DNA of 64,000 bases from Antedon mediterranea (taxonomy: Eukaryota > Animalia > Echinodermata): positions 30,058,388 to 30,122,387 of the forward strand of contig NC_092670.1 in assembly GCF_964355755.1 (NCBI RefSeq). Direction: 5' to 3'. Position 1 is the first letter of the stretch; each line of letters begins with the position of its first letter. Positions 49,302-61,275 of the stretch are shown here, piece after piece. Both the position numbers and the translations under genes were made by a program. The notes beneath the pieces are model-generated. The model made no database searches and had not been told where the DNA came from. It saw nothing but the letters and a program-made list of their open reading frames with translations.

Positions 49302-52300
49302 TTGTATGGCTTCCATTCCATTGTCACCTTCGACAATTCTCCGCCACTCTCCTTCTGTGAAGTTGTTTTCTTTATCGGCATCAACAAATCCCGAAGGTGT
49401 ATAGCTTGCATTGTCTTCTTTTATTAAGTAGCTGTGCAAGCACAATGTAGCTTTCACAATGTCATCTACCGTTGTGACATTCGCCCTTATTGGCCGTCTG
49501 AAGATTCGCCATCTAGCTGACAGAATGCTAAAAGCATTCTATATTGTTCGCCGTGCTCTCGATAGCCTGTAGTTGAAATTTTTTCAGTAGGGCTTCATTA
49601 AATAAGGTTTTAAAGGAAAAATGTCATCTCCCAAAAGAAAATAGGGCATTACGTTCTCACCTACTTGTTCGGGTACAGGTAATGAAAATGTGCCATCTTG
49701 TAGTTCTGCACTCAACCTAGATCGGTTAAAAATGCTAGCATCATTCATGCCTCCATAGCTTCCAATGTTGACATACGTAAAGGCATATATTGCATCACAC
49801 ATTGCCAGCAGGACAGTTGAATGATATTGTTTATAGTTGTAATATAAAGAGCCACCAAATTGTGGGCATTCCATATGGATATGCTTCCCATCTAGGGAAC
49901 CAATTGTATGTGGAAAATTCCAAATATCTTCATATAATTTTGCAATTTCCTTCCAATGATTCACATTTTCAGGTTTTTGAAGATAAATGGGTTGTAAAAC
50001 AGTCCAAATAGCCTGGCACGTTTCTCTCACAATCTTACATATGGTTGATCGTCCAATCATGAAGTTGAATGATTGCGAACTATGTTGGTCACCGGTTGCC
50101 AAGTACCTTAGTGTTATAACAGTCTTTCTTCTGCACTTATCGGTTGACGTAGTCTTGTTTGTTTCTCAAGATGATTTTTTAAAAGACTTGCAAGATGATC
50201 AAATCTCTCTGAATTAAAAACAAATTATTATTAATATTATTTATTATTATTATGATTATTAAATATTACTATTGGTATTATTAATGTAAAATTTGATATA
50301 CATTTATATTGGATTGATATTTTAATTTCAGACATTCAAGATGATATTGTCACAGATTGCTTAATTGCACCTGAAGGAAGTGAAGCATTTCAAGATAATG
50401 AAAGTTTGCTATGTGTAAGTCATTATTAGTCTGATAACATGGTTTTCGCTCATACTAGATGAGATGACGCTAATTTTGGTGTTATCTTTTTTTTTTTTTT
50501 AAGATGTTAATTGCTTTCTTTCTATTTTAGGAAATCACATCTCCTGAAATTGAAGATAGGCCTATATTGTTGGTAAGTGGAACCAGCAGACATAAACAAT
50601 AATATTATTGTATAATTAATGTAACAATAAAATTAATGATTTAACTAAAATTGCTTAATATTTAAAATTATTTTATTTGCCCACTGTGATTTGGAGAAAA
50701 ATGTTTGCATATGACCATATGAAAAATGTACTGTAAAGATAATTATGTGTATCATGCTTATTTTGCAGTATTACAGACTGAGGATAGTGGACAAAATAAC
50801 AAAGATGACATGCTACATGTAAGTATTTTAACTATCAAAAACATTTTTAGATGATTTTGTAAGTATTTTTTTGTACATTATGTGTGAATAAAAAGAAAAG
50901 TAGTAATTAATTTAAGGGCCCTAAATTAAGCATTTTTTTTTTACATAATTTGAAGACGCAATATGGATCTAAAAGCCCAAGAAGTAAGTATTCTAAATTA
51001 AGTATACATAAAATACATAAAACAAGACATGTTTGCTTTAATAATTCCACATACCAATTTCATCATCAAGAAGAAAGCATCATTAATAGATTAGCACACC
51101 GAATGTACCACCTGTAATTGTGATACAATTTTAATAAATACTTTTTTTAAACCCATGTTTCATAGTCCTCCAAGAAGCATAAATTGGTAATATTTTTACT
51201 TTTTTTACACTATCACAAATGTGCTGTAAATGTATTTCAATTTCATTTTTCAATAATTTTAGAAGAAAAATGTGATTTTGATTATATTGTAAAAATTCGT
51301 CAACATTATTCATAATAATTTTTGATATGTAACAGTAGTAAGTGAAAATTTATTTCAGGACAATGATGATGATGAGCTGTGGCGAGCAGCCATTGCCCAA
51401 ATTACAACGACAACATCCGATGTCAAAGATGAAAGTTCCATTTTTGGAGAGCTGGTAGTAGCCGACAAACTGCGGCAGCTCCCCAAAAAGCAAAGATCCA
51501 TCGCTCAAATGAAGATTTTCCAGGTAACATAACACAATATTTCTCTTCTGTATAGCAATCAATATAAGCTGATGTGCTTACTATCATATATTGTTTTTTA
51601 TGTTTTTTATTTACAAATAATTTGTTTAAAATATTTTTTTCAATGCTATGAACATGAAATTAATACAGAATAGGAATTATAGACATGCAGTAGGGTACCC
51701 TAACTGTTTTCATACTAAGATGGTTGTAAAAGGTTTTATTTTAAACAACATGTTAACTTGAATCTTCTTTAACAGATATTTATAGAAGATGAGGAATGAG
51801 GCCTGCTGTATCATAGAAGTGTTGAGCGCAATTTGTGACTCATTTGTTCGTGTTTTAAAAGTAGTTGTTATTGAAAAATAGCTTTTGGTAAAATAAATGT
51901 TTAGTGATGGTTTTGATTTATTTGTTTTGAATTGTTGTATCTTTTTTTTGTAAATGGAAGCAGCGATTTAATCGAAATGAAAATAGAACAGTATACGCGT
52001 TATAAAACACTATTTTGGGTTTGAAGTATGTACTGAATCATTTATTGTATTTTTAATTAATTAATTATGAATCTAGTGAATTTTTAATCTTATAAGTTAC
52101 AAAAATGAACTCCTTGTGGCTTAAATTCATACCCCATATGGCACCTATAAGTCACCAGAATGCACCCCATACATTAAGTGTCTACTTAATTAAAATTTAT
52201 AAATCTAGGCCTATCTATGGTTTAATCAATATAATTATTATTATATTATACCTGAACTTATCAAGGATAATAATAGGCCTAGGAGGCTAGGCCCTAACTA

Positions 52301-53140
52301 CCTAGGCATATTATAGTATTATCCAGAGACAAAAAAAAATAAATTAAATTTTAATTAGATACAATATCTAGAGCATATTAATTATTATTATTGATTACGG
52401 TAAACATAGATCATATACACTAATTGATAAAAAAATATATATTTATATATAAACAGACAAAGAACATTAATTATAAATAACCCTATAATATACTGTACCT
52501 GAAAAAGTATTCGCGATCAGCTACTTTCAACAATTGAAATGTTGTTACAAACTTACCATAATGATCTCTCTGTAAATACAAATCTCTCACCCAAAATCGT
52601 CGTTTTGTTCTATTTTTTTCCATAGTAAGTAAAGAATGCAAATTCTTGCTAACTCTCTTTTGTTAGTTTTAGGCATTTTTTTTAACACTACTATTACCAA
52701 GGTACGTTAAAGTGTATACTGTTTCAAACTTTGTGCGCGCCCTGCGTGTCACGTCGCGAATTAACCAGGTCAAAGTACGTCTCAAAACAACAACTTAACG
52801 TTGACGCATCCGAACTGGTTTGATTTCACGCAGGCGGGGGAAAACACAATTATTGGAAGGGCATTTTCTTACCTTGCGTCGTTTGCGTTACGTTGCGTCG
52901 CTAGTGGGAACCACGCTTTACTATTTGGCGGATTATTTGGTTTATATACTTTTAACTGATACATATGCCTACTTCAACCCAACATACACGTTAATATTGC
53001 ATCTTTTCGCGACGCGGCTTTAGAAGATTTATCAATGCGAAAGCTATATCTAAGGCAGACAGTTTCGGAATTTTATAATCGACTAATTGATAGGTCCAAG
53101 CTGCTGGATCCATACAAACGTCTCGATAAAGAGAGTCTAG

Positions 53141-53953
53141 GGGCCTGTTTCTGCTGCAACTGCTCAAAATACGGTATAAAAATACGGTATAAAATACGGT
53201 ATTTTTTAAACCGTATTTTTTAGTACCCCGTTTCTGCTAACAATACTTCTTGGGTGGTCGTGTTAAATTTCATCTTTTTTACCCAAATTGCCATTCATTT
53301 ATTTGATCGATAATTAAAGGAAGTTTTACGTCTCACTTTCAACAGCCTAGCCCTAGTGATAGAGATGTTGTGAGAGCACAGAAAACATCGTAATAGGGAC
53401 AATTAATTCGTTCCCTCCCCGAGTTATTGTATTTTGCAATGTTGTACTGCTTTCGCAGGCTCTTCAGCTTTGAGTTTACTTGCTTTGGAGACAAGTCTAT
53501 TCCATACTTCTACTTTATTTTTGTAGAAATGTCTTTATAAATGTGGTTGTCCCTTTTATTACCTTTTAGTTGGCCAGACATTTTAGCTTCCCCACACAAA
53601 TTTATTTAGTAAAACTGTGACGTCTTCGCTCCACATTTTCGCCGAATATATATATACACGTGTGTAAAACAGCTGACAGCGACAGAAAATAAAAACACGA
53701 ATGTTGACCTTTTGTCATGTAAAAAAAAAATACGGTATTTTTTATTGGCAGCAGAAACGGGTACAAAAAATACGGTATAAATTTGTAAATACCGTATTTT
53801 ATCCACAAATTTTGTGTGAGGAAAATACGGTATACAAAATACGGTATATTTTTTATGAGCGCAGTTTCTGCTGCCATAAATATACCGTATATATACGGTA
53901 TTCAAAAAATACCGTATAATATACGGTATTTAGTTGGCAGCAGAAACAGGGCC
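53141..53953. mobile_element. Harbinger-like MITE with AATACGGTAT subterminal repeats
   Basis: TIR GG(G/C)CCTGTTTCTGCTGC; TAG flanks on both sides; many AATACGGTAT/ATACCGTAT motifs. Confidence 0.75.
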
Positions 53954-54215
53954 TAGGAGGGATCACGGTTGAACGATTTTGAATTCTCGCCCTTTGATTG
54001 GTTGACGCTAATCAACAGACTGCGGAAGAATGTTCTCACGTGTGCCGTTGCCTCTGAGGACTGCATGTCCTGGCAGCGATTTTTTTTTTCATACATAATT
54101 TGGGGACCACCTCATGAAACGTCACAAAATAAACATGAATAATTCATCAGTTAAATTTTCTTGTTCCGTGTGCACCCAAGCGTATAGCAACAAGAAGTGA
54201 TTAGACACAAGTGCG

Positions 54216-55159
54216 TAGACTTGCCCCAAGTCTGTATTTTCTTTTTTATTTATTTGTTTTTATTGCGACCGCGATTTTTGTCTGAAAATACAGACTTGTG
54301 AAACGCGTATAGAAATCGATTTGTAGACCGCAAACATCTGATAAGAATGACGTAGGTGATCATACCGTATTTGGCTATATGGGGCGGGCGGTATGTAAAT
54401 ATGGATTTCGAATCAACCAATGATCATCTTGTTTCAAAATGAAAAAGATCGAGTACGTACAGTGCTGAATGTACGGTCGAGACTGTTGATAAAATCGTGT
54501 TGCCAAGTTGTTTTATTATTAATTGTTTAGTCATTGGCCTAGGCCTCTTTCGTGGGTCCTACTCAACTCGCACGTATGACCTGCCAAATAAAACGCCAAT
54601 AAAGTAGGCCTACATACCACCGGCACACAACAAAGCTACACCACTACACAGAACAGGACAGGGTCTGGGTGGGAATTAAATCAAATTATCTCCGCGTAAT
54701 AAATGATCCATTCAATGTTTGATTTGCGGAGAAGCTAGCCTATCTTATCAAGACGAGTTTTCATGTTCTTGGGAAAAATCCCATCAAATGTTTACCAAAC
54801 TACTAGGCATATAAAATCATTTCTAGCCTTCAGAAACTTTCATCAATGTACCAAGTACACGTTGTCTAAACGTAACATAGCGCATGCGCACCATCTTAGT
54901 TGTTGAGTCTTTGAACTTCTGAAATATGAATATTAAAACGGTGTACGAGTGAGTAGCCAATCGCATGCAGCTGAAACTAGTCAACCGGATAATCGTATGC
55001 ACCAAGGATTCTTGGTGTCAAACCACGTGACTTGTGCGTGTTTCCCCAGACGGAGTATCCAAAATCAAGTAGTATACGTATGAAACGCCATATGTGCCAA
55101 AATATTTATCTTTTTACTAATACTGTATTAAGACAAAACTCCGTCTGGAACCCAGACTA
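54216..55159. mobile_element. Hairpin-ended insertion with 9-bp TSD (AcademH- or MULE-like, non-autonomous)
   Basis: TSD ACAAGTGCG at 54207-54215 and 55160-55168; the empty site is seen at 128-136 (reverse complement); termini TAG..CTA. Confidence 0.75.
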
Positions 55160-56305
55160 ACAAGTGCGGTACGATTCTAGGCCTAATCTCCGCTGTGGTT
55201 GCCGCGTGGGATTTCATAAAAGAATAGCGGCTTTTTGTGTGGATTGTCGAAATAATCAGCCTTTAGTTTATGGTGTTTTTAATATAATTTATTACTAAAG
55301 AATTACGTGTTAAAATTATAGTTTCTATTAATACTATTAGGCCTAATTATTAGTCTCTAAACCCTTGTCTATTCTAGTAGTAGCTGTGTGGGTGTGTGTG
55401 ACGTGTGTGTGTTAGGTTTGACACAGTCCGAGTAATAAGTCAGCAAAATTTAACAATAAACATTACACAAAAATACATTTTTTATTCTCGTGGGTCTAAT
55501 CTTCCCATCTCATGTGTTCATATACGCGCATTTTTAAAGTTCCTTTGAGTACATGCATAGGCCTATTGTTTGATAATTAAAAAATTACAGTACACAAATT
55601 ATACACATTTTTTATTCTTGTGGGTCTAAGCTTTCTTTGGGCTATTTCCAATTACTACTTAGTTTAATGTCTTGCCTAGCTGTCGATTAACCTCGACACA
55701 TTTTGCATAGTGGTGTGTGTGTGAAGAAGAGTGCGCGAAGGCAATCACGTGAATTGACCTAGAATATCCTAGGCCTACTGTAGAAAGAATCGTATCGCAG
55801 TTGTGCGTGTAATCACTTCTTGTTGCTATACGCTTGGATGCACACGGAACAACAAATTTAACTGATGAATTATTCATGTTTATTTTGTGACGTTTCATGA
55901 GGGGTCCCCAACTTATGTACGAAACAAAAATCGCGTCCTGGCATGGCCAACACACGTCGGTAAAATAATGTACTGAAATTGAACGAGGTTAAATAAACAC
56001 TCTTTTTTATTTAATAAACATGTAATATCATATTTGATTGAATTTTACAAAGTACATAAACAAAATAAATTACTAAAACCGTAACTTTTAAAGTTCATAC
56101 AATTGCCTACTGAGGGTGCAATTTATATACTTCGTTCGTGGCTAAAAACGATTATTTTCGGCCATGTATTAGACCCAATATTCGGAAAACTACAAGTCAG
56201 ATTTTCATAATTCTTTCTTTATTTATTTTAATATTGAAACAAATAAATATTAACAGGCAATGTATGCTATTGACTTCTAATGTTGCATCGTTATCCCTAG
56301 GTAGT

Positions 56306-58163
56306 CTGGGGCGGATCCAGGGGGGGGGGGGGGTGCCCTTTTTTTAGAGGTTCAATATTTTATTCGTGTGACATATTTGTGTGTATATTAGTATGTACAG
56401 AGTAGGCTACACTAACCCCAAAAATAAAAACAGAAATGTATTACAATGCGTGCGATGTTAAGTTACGGCGGCCGATCAAAGAGCATCGTGAGAGGTGGTG
56501 ACGCGTGATGATCTCTACTTAAACTTTTAAAAATAGATCGTTTTTTCACATACTACAGAGGGCGCATGTAAACTTTTTACGATTCAACTTCGCGTACGTT
56601 ACCATGCGCGCTATGTCATTGACGCGATTATTTGTCCATTGGTAAACACATTTTTATGTTTTATTATTCTGAAAATAATTGAACTGTAAACATAATTCTT
56701 TTGAGTATTTGTTTATTTACATATCATTCCATCAGATCAACTATTTTTTATTTCCATTACATCCAACCAAACATGTAAAAAATGTAGTTAAAATATCGTA
56801 CTATCTAGCGTGTACGACCATACGCATTAAATTGTTTACTAAAAAATCATCGAACGGTCCAGTGACCTTACCCTATTCAACCTTGTTTTTGTAGTTGAGC
56901 CTCTCATGACCTGGGATTTGTTTGTCTTCCTACGCCAAGATAATATAGTTCTACATGCCATGTGCTTTTTTCTCTGAGAAATACTTATTATAAGTGCCAA
57001 AAAAATGTTTTTTTTTATTATTAAAATCTTTTAAAGAAAAATCACACATAGGCCTACCATAAAAAAGAAGGTCCATTTATTTCATTTTTTAAACAAAATT
57101 GTGAAAATTACGTGAGGCTCAACAACAAAACCACCATTTTGTGATATGATGTCATCGTAAGCCAATCAAAGCTGAGCTTTCCCGTGATCGGCAGAGCTCA
57201 CGGTTGAATGATTTTGGATTCTGGCTATTTGATTGGTGGACGCGAATCACCCAAAGCGGAATGTTTTCTCTCGCGTGTACCGCGAAGTCACGTGATCCAT
57301 CTGTACTGAACGTTACTACGCAAATTTAGAGCAATGAATTTGTACGAATTCCGTTAAATAAACAACTCTATATATTTTATGAACATTTAATAACATATTT
57401 TATTGATATTTCCAATGTTGATATATAAAATAAATTACTATAAAACGTAATTATATGTAATTATTTTAGCGAAAAATGGCGTAGTTCATACAATTGTCAA
57501 GTTCAAAATTGGCCTATGCCTATATTTATCGGGTAAATTGTAGCATAGAAAAATTAATATACGCGAACGTAAAACGTACCCACAGGCGAAGAGGTAGGTC
57601 CATATTGTTTATCGCAGAGGTGTAGGCTGGTTGCTGTCTGAGAGTGCAAACATTGTAAATGACGTGCCTTGGGCATGATCTGTAAGACAATTTTGAAAAA
57701 TAGAGCTGCTAGGTCCCCGGAAGTTGCAATTATACATCTTAATGATACTATGAAACAAAATTACAAGTCGACAGACCCAGACAACCGTGGTTGGGATGGA
57801 GCTAAGAAAATTTAGAAAAATAGAGTTGGAGTTCCCGGAAATTGGACTTAATCATACTTCAAAACATAAAACAAAATATAGGCCTATAAGTCCCTATCAT
57901 GGTTGTGACTGAGCTAAGAAATTTTTGAAAACTAGAGCTGTTAGGTCCCGGAAAATGCACTTATTGTACTTCGAAATATGACCAGCTTTATGGTTGGGTC
58001 TGAGCTAAGAAAATGTTTAAAACTGGAGCTGGAAACATCAGGCCTAGAGGCTTAAAAAAGTGGTCCGTTTTGCCTTATATTTGGCTCAAATACTCAATAT
58101 CTGATGTGCCCTTTTTATCGGCGGACCCCCTTCCCCTCTCAAAAATGTCTGGATCCGCCCCAG
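56306..58163. mobile_element. hAT-like MITE with 6-bp TSD
   Basis: 15-bp TIR CTGGGGCGGATCCAG; TSD GGTAGT at 56300-56305 and 58164-58169. Confidence 0.85.
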
Positions 58164-59445
58164 GGTAGTAGGCCTAGGCCTATATACTAGTGTTAGTGTG
58201 GGTCATTAGGTAGTTAATGCTCCTACCCTGGAATAGTTACATAATACTGTAGTTTGTTTATGATTATATTTTTGTTCTGTACAGTAGGCCAGACTATATT
58301 TACACAAAATGTTTGCTATTGATTGATAAACAAAAATAATTGATATAATAAATCATCTGAAGAAAGAATAATGATTTAAAATGTTAGTCAAAAAATCGAG
58401 CGGCGTTTTTTTGTAAGAAACTTGTTTAAACTATAAAATTACTCAATAACCGTGCTTGTTTTCACAGGGTTAACGCTGGTATCAACGCCTTATTCGAAAA
58501 ACGCCACCAACATTATGTTAACTAACAACAAAACAATATTGACCAATAATGATGCACATTATTTTTTTCAGTGACGTATCGTCTAACCCTATACATAGCA
58601 TTGAACCTTTCACATTTATAAACATCCAATTGCAATATGTGTAAGTATTTTTTTGGCAATTCCATTGTCATGCAAGCGCATAACCAATTAACGGAAAAAC
58701 CATTTGTCAACAAAAATTAATATCTACTTTGTTATCAACATAATATACTAGTAATACAATTGTGTTTCTTTACAAGTTTGTCAAAAAGTCCAATGATTTA
58801 AACCATTTCCAAAAATTAGCTGTGCTGAAAACCCCAATCTAATTCCTCTTTTGAAATTGTTAATCATCGAGGTCTCAGGCAGAAATCACGAGTAATTTAT
58901 AAGATTAATATTGTCTATGTTAAAGATAGCCAACATACTTCCTCGCAGAAACAAAATAAGGAATTACTTTATCATCGCCAACATGCAAAACAACCTCGAA
59001 CCTCATATATTGTGTTGCTTGATTTTACTAAGGTGCGAAGCGCCATTGATGTTGGTTTCTTTCTATTGAGATGCTCCATATTATATCATTTCTAAATTGC
59101 AGGCGGATTCAATATAACCACGAACTTCAAGAGCTGTGTGAAAATGCATTTGCATTGAATACAAGTTTTTCAGTGGAATTGTAGGTACAGTAATCAGGAT
59201 GGCACAAGTGTTAAAAAAATCACTGTATTAGTTAGTTGCGGCGCCATCATTTTCCAGAAATAGGTTCACACAACAAGAGTATGTTGCTTTAATATAATAA
59301 CTTACAGCCTGCCAGTACAGCATGAATTTACCAATGTTTTAGTAGTATTAGTACTTACTGCAAATGCAAGTATGTTATTATTAGTGGTAATATTGAATCT
59401 GTTATTGAGTAAATTCTTAATATGTTGATTATCTTCTTTCAATAG

Positions 59446-59520
59446 ATGGGTTGCAAACAATCGTAACCTTGTTAACATTTCTACTGGAACTTTCAAAAAC
59501 GTTACAAGCGGAAGTAACAT
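59446..59520 (+). CDS. LRR protein exon 6 (75 nt)
   Basis: TAG|..|GTGAGT; (L)WVANNRNLVNISTGTFKNVTSGSN. Confidence 0.85.
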
Positions 59521-60033
59521 GTGAGTAAAGGTGTCAATTAATGAGTATAATAATTAGGCTCTATGTTTACCTTAGAGTTCTTTCATTTTTCTATAAAAAA
59601 AAAACAATGTTGAGAGACATAATATGTATGTATGTCTTATGGATTACAATATTTTACAACAGAGATATTTGTCCAGATGAAAATAGTTTACGAACCCAAA
59701 TAAAATAAAACAATTTTTTTTAATTGTAGAAATAGTTACTCCGTTGGTTCTTAATTACATTAGTTGAATATATTCACCTTCAATTGAATTATATTTTTCC
59801 AAGTATCTAAAGTTCCTACTGTAGATAAAATGGGCTATAACATTAAATATTTAATTTATGTTATGATATGAAAGTTAGAAGCATTTTAATAATATATGAA
59901 CATTTTGTTTTGTATTATGAATGTTTAAATGAAGTTTGTTAAAGTTATTATTAATTTTAAAGTTAAAGTAGTGCATTTAAGATTACTAGTGATGTGTTAA
60001 AAACCAACTTACTCATTATTCCAATATGCATAG

Positions 60034-60102
60034 ATATCTAGATAGAAACAGTTTACAAAGCATACCTTCAAAAGCTTTTCAAGGCGAACCAATTATAAAT
60101 AT
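60034..60102 (+). CDS. LRR protein exon 7 (69 nt)
   Basis: TAG|..|GTAAGT; (I)YLDRNSLQSIPSKAFQGEPIIN. Confidence 0.9.
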
Positions 60103-60517
60103 GTAAGTATTGCTTGTTTTGTAAAACTTTATAAACATAACATTATTAATTTTATATTTTGTTATAGATGTAAGTGTTTCAATATTATAATATAATACTA
60201 TAATAAAAAGGGAAATGAAAATATATAATAGGAACATTATAATTTGTATAAGAAAAGATTATACACATCGGTATGAATAATATACGAGAAAAAAAAACTC
60301 ATGAAAAGGTAAATATATTTCACAACTTACATTCTTAATGTTAGAGAGAGGAAAAAAAACAAACTTCTGTTTGATCACGTATGGCAAAAGACATGACTGA
60401 CACTTTTCGGGAACATTTGGTTAAATAGTCTAATGACTTTTGCTATATGCTTTCTCAGATGTTTTTTTTATATTCTGTACAAATTAATTAGTAGTACGTA
60501 CCAACTTCTTTCTCTAG

Positions 60518-60589
60518 GAAACTTGAAGACAACAATATTAGCTTTATACACACGGATGCATTTGTTGCATTGGACAGTATTTATTTGTT
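60518..60589 (+). CDS. LRR protein exon 8 (72 nt)
   Basis: CTAG|..|GTAAGT; (M)KLEDNNISFIHTDAFVALDSIYL. Confidence 0.9.
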
Positions 60590-60829
60590 GTAAGTACGGT
60601 TATGTAGGCCATGCACAAATAATAATCAACATTATTAAATAAACACATGTAGTCTTGTTTACATCTTAAATTTAAAAAAGAGAAAAGACAAAAAAACAAT
60701 GTAAATAATAATTGTTGATTTGATTTGCATAATCTATATCTTGTCTTTTCTATTGTTTATCTACATATAAGATTTAATAATGTTCCATTAATTACTATCA
60801 ATGTATTGTATATTTTAAACTTTATGTAG

Positions 60830-60892
60830 ACGACTTGCCTATAACAACCTTAAGGAAATACCGATCTTGCACGCTAACATAACTGATACACT
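60830..60892 (+). CDS. LRR protein exon 9 (63 nt)
   Basis: TAG|..|GTAAGT; (L)RLAYNNLKEIPILHANITDT. Confidence 0.9.
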
Positions 60893-61275
60893 GTAAGTAT
60901 AGTACGTTTGTCTAAACATTATACCATTAACTCAACAATAGTGAGGAAAATAAAATTGTATTAATAATAATTATTGTTGTGTCAGATTACTGTACTGCGC
61001 TCGCTGTGTGTGAGACCGACATTATGGTATTGTGCGACCAATCGAACCTAACTTACAGGTCGAATACTAAATTGATTATCAGAAAAAAAAGTTTTACGTA
61101 CAACCTATTAAGAATACTGTAAAGACCTGTTGGAATACTTTCATATTTCTGTGTGTTTTTGTGTCTAAATGTGTTAATTCTATAAAGTAATTGTGGTTTT
61201 AAACATAAAGGATGTAATGTTTTACTCATTCCGGCATTAGAAAGTATAACAACCAAAGTCGTTACCAACACTAAC

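Larger units (their letters stand above)
46216..51799 (+). pseudogene. Harbinger MADF/Myb-SANT + BESS-like gene; exons 46216-46405, 47189-47307, 50332-50414, 50531-50572, 50777-50818, (50955-50982?), 51359-51523, 51776-51799
   Basis: VRQFPCLYDKSSVDFK..EAWKRV / YKTIRDRFTR|YLRN..PSGSG..LRWLKEFIKHR (frameshift ~46350); BESS-like DESSIFGELVVADKLRQLPKKQRSIAQMKIFQ|IFIE; GT-AG boundaries. Confidence 0.75.
47314..52676 (-). pseudogene. Harbinger transposase (HARBI1-like DDE); exon 1 52676-52499, main body ~50160-49302 and 47453-47314
   Basis: KRRFWVRDLY..DREYFFR; TLRYLATG; GSLDGKHI (D), LLGDDIFPL (D), LSRARRTIE (E); GSVSWQ; stop at 49584, frameshifts and a MITE insertion. Confidence 0.9.
45870..52917. 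mobile_element. PIF/Harbinger DNA transposon (7.0 kb), decayed autonomous type
   Basis: ~30-bp TIR AGCGTGGTTCCCACTAGCGACGCAACGTAA; TTA TSD at 45867-45869 and 52918-52920; encodes a transposase and a MADF protein. Confidence 0.95.

Noticed and set aside
58880-59300. Possible LINE endonuclease remnant
   Set aside because: Too degraded to support
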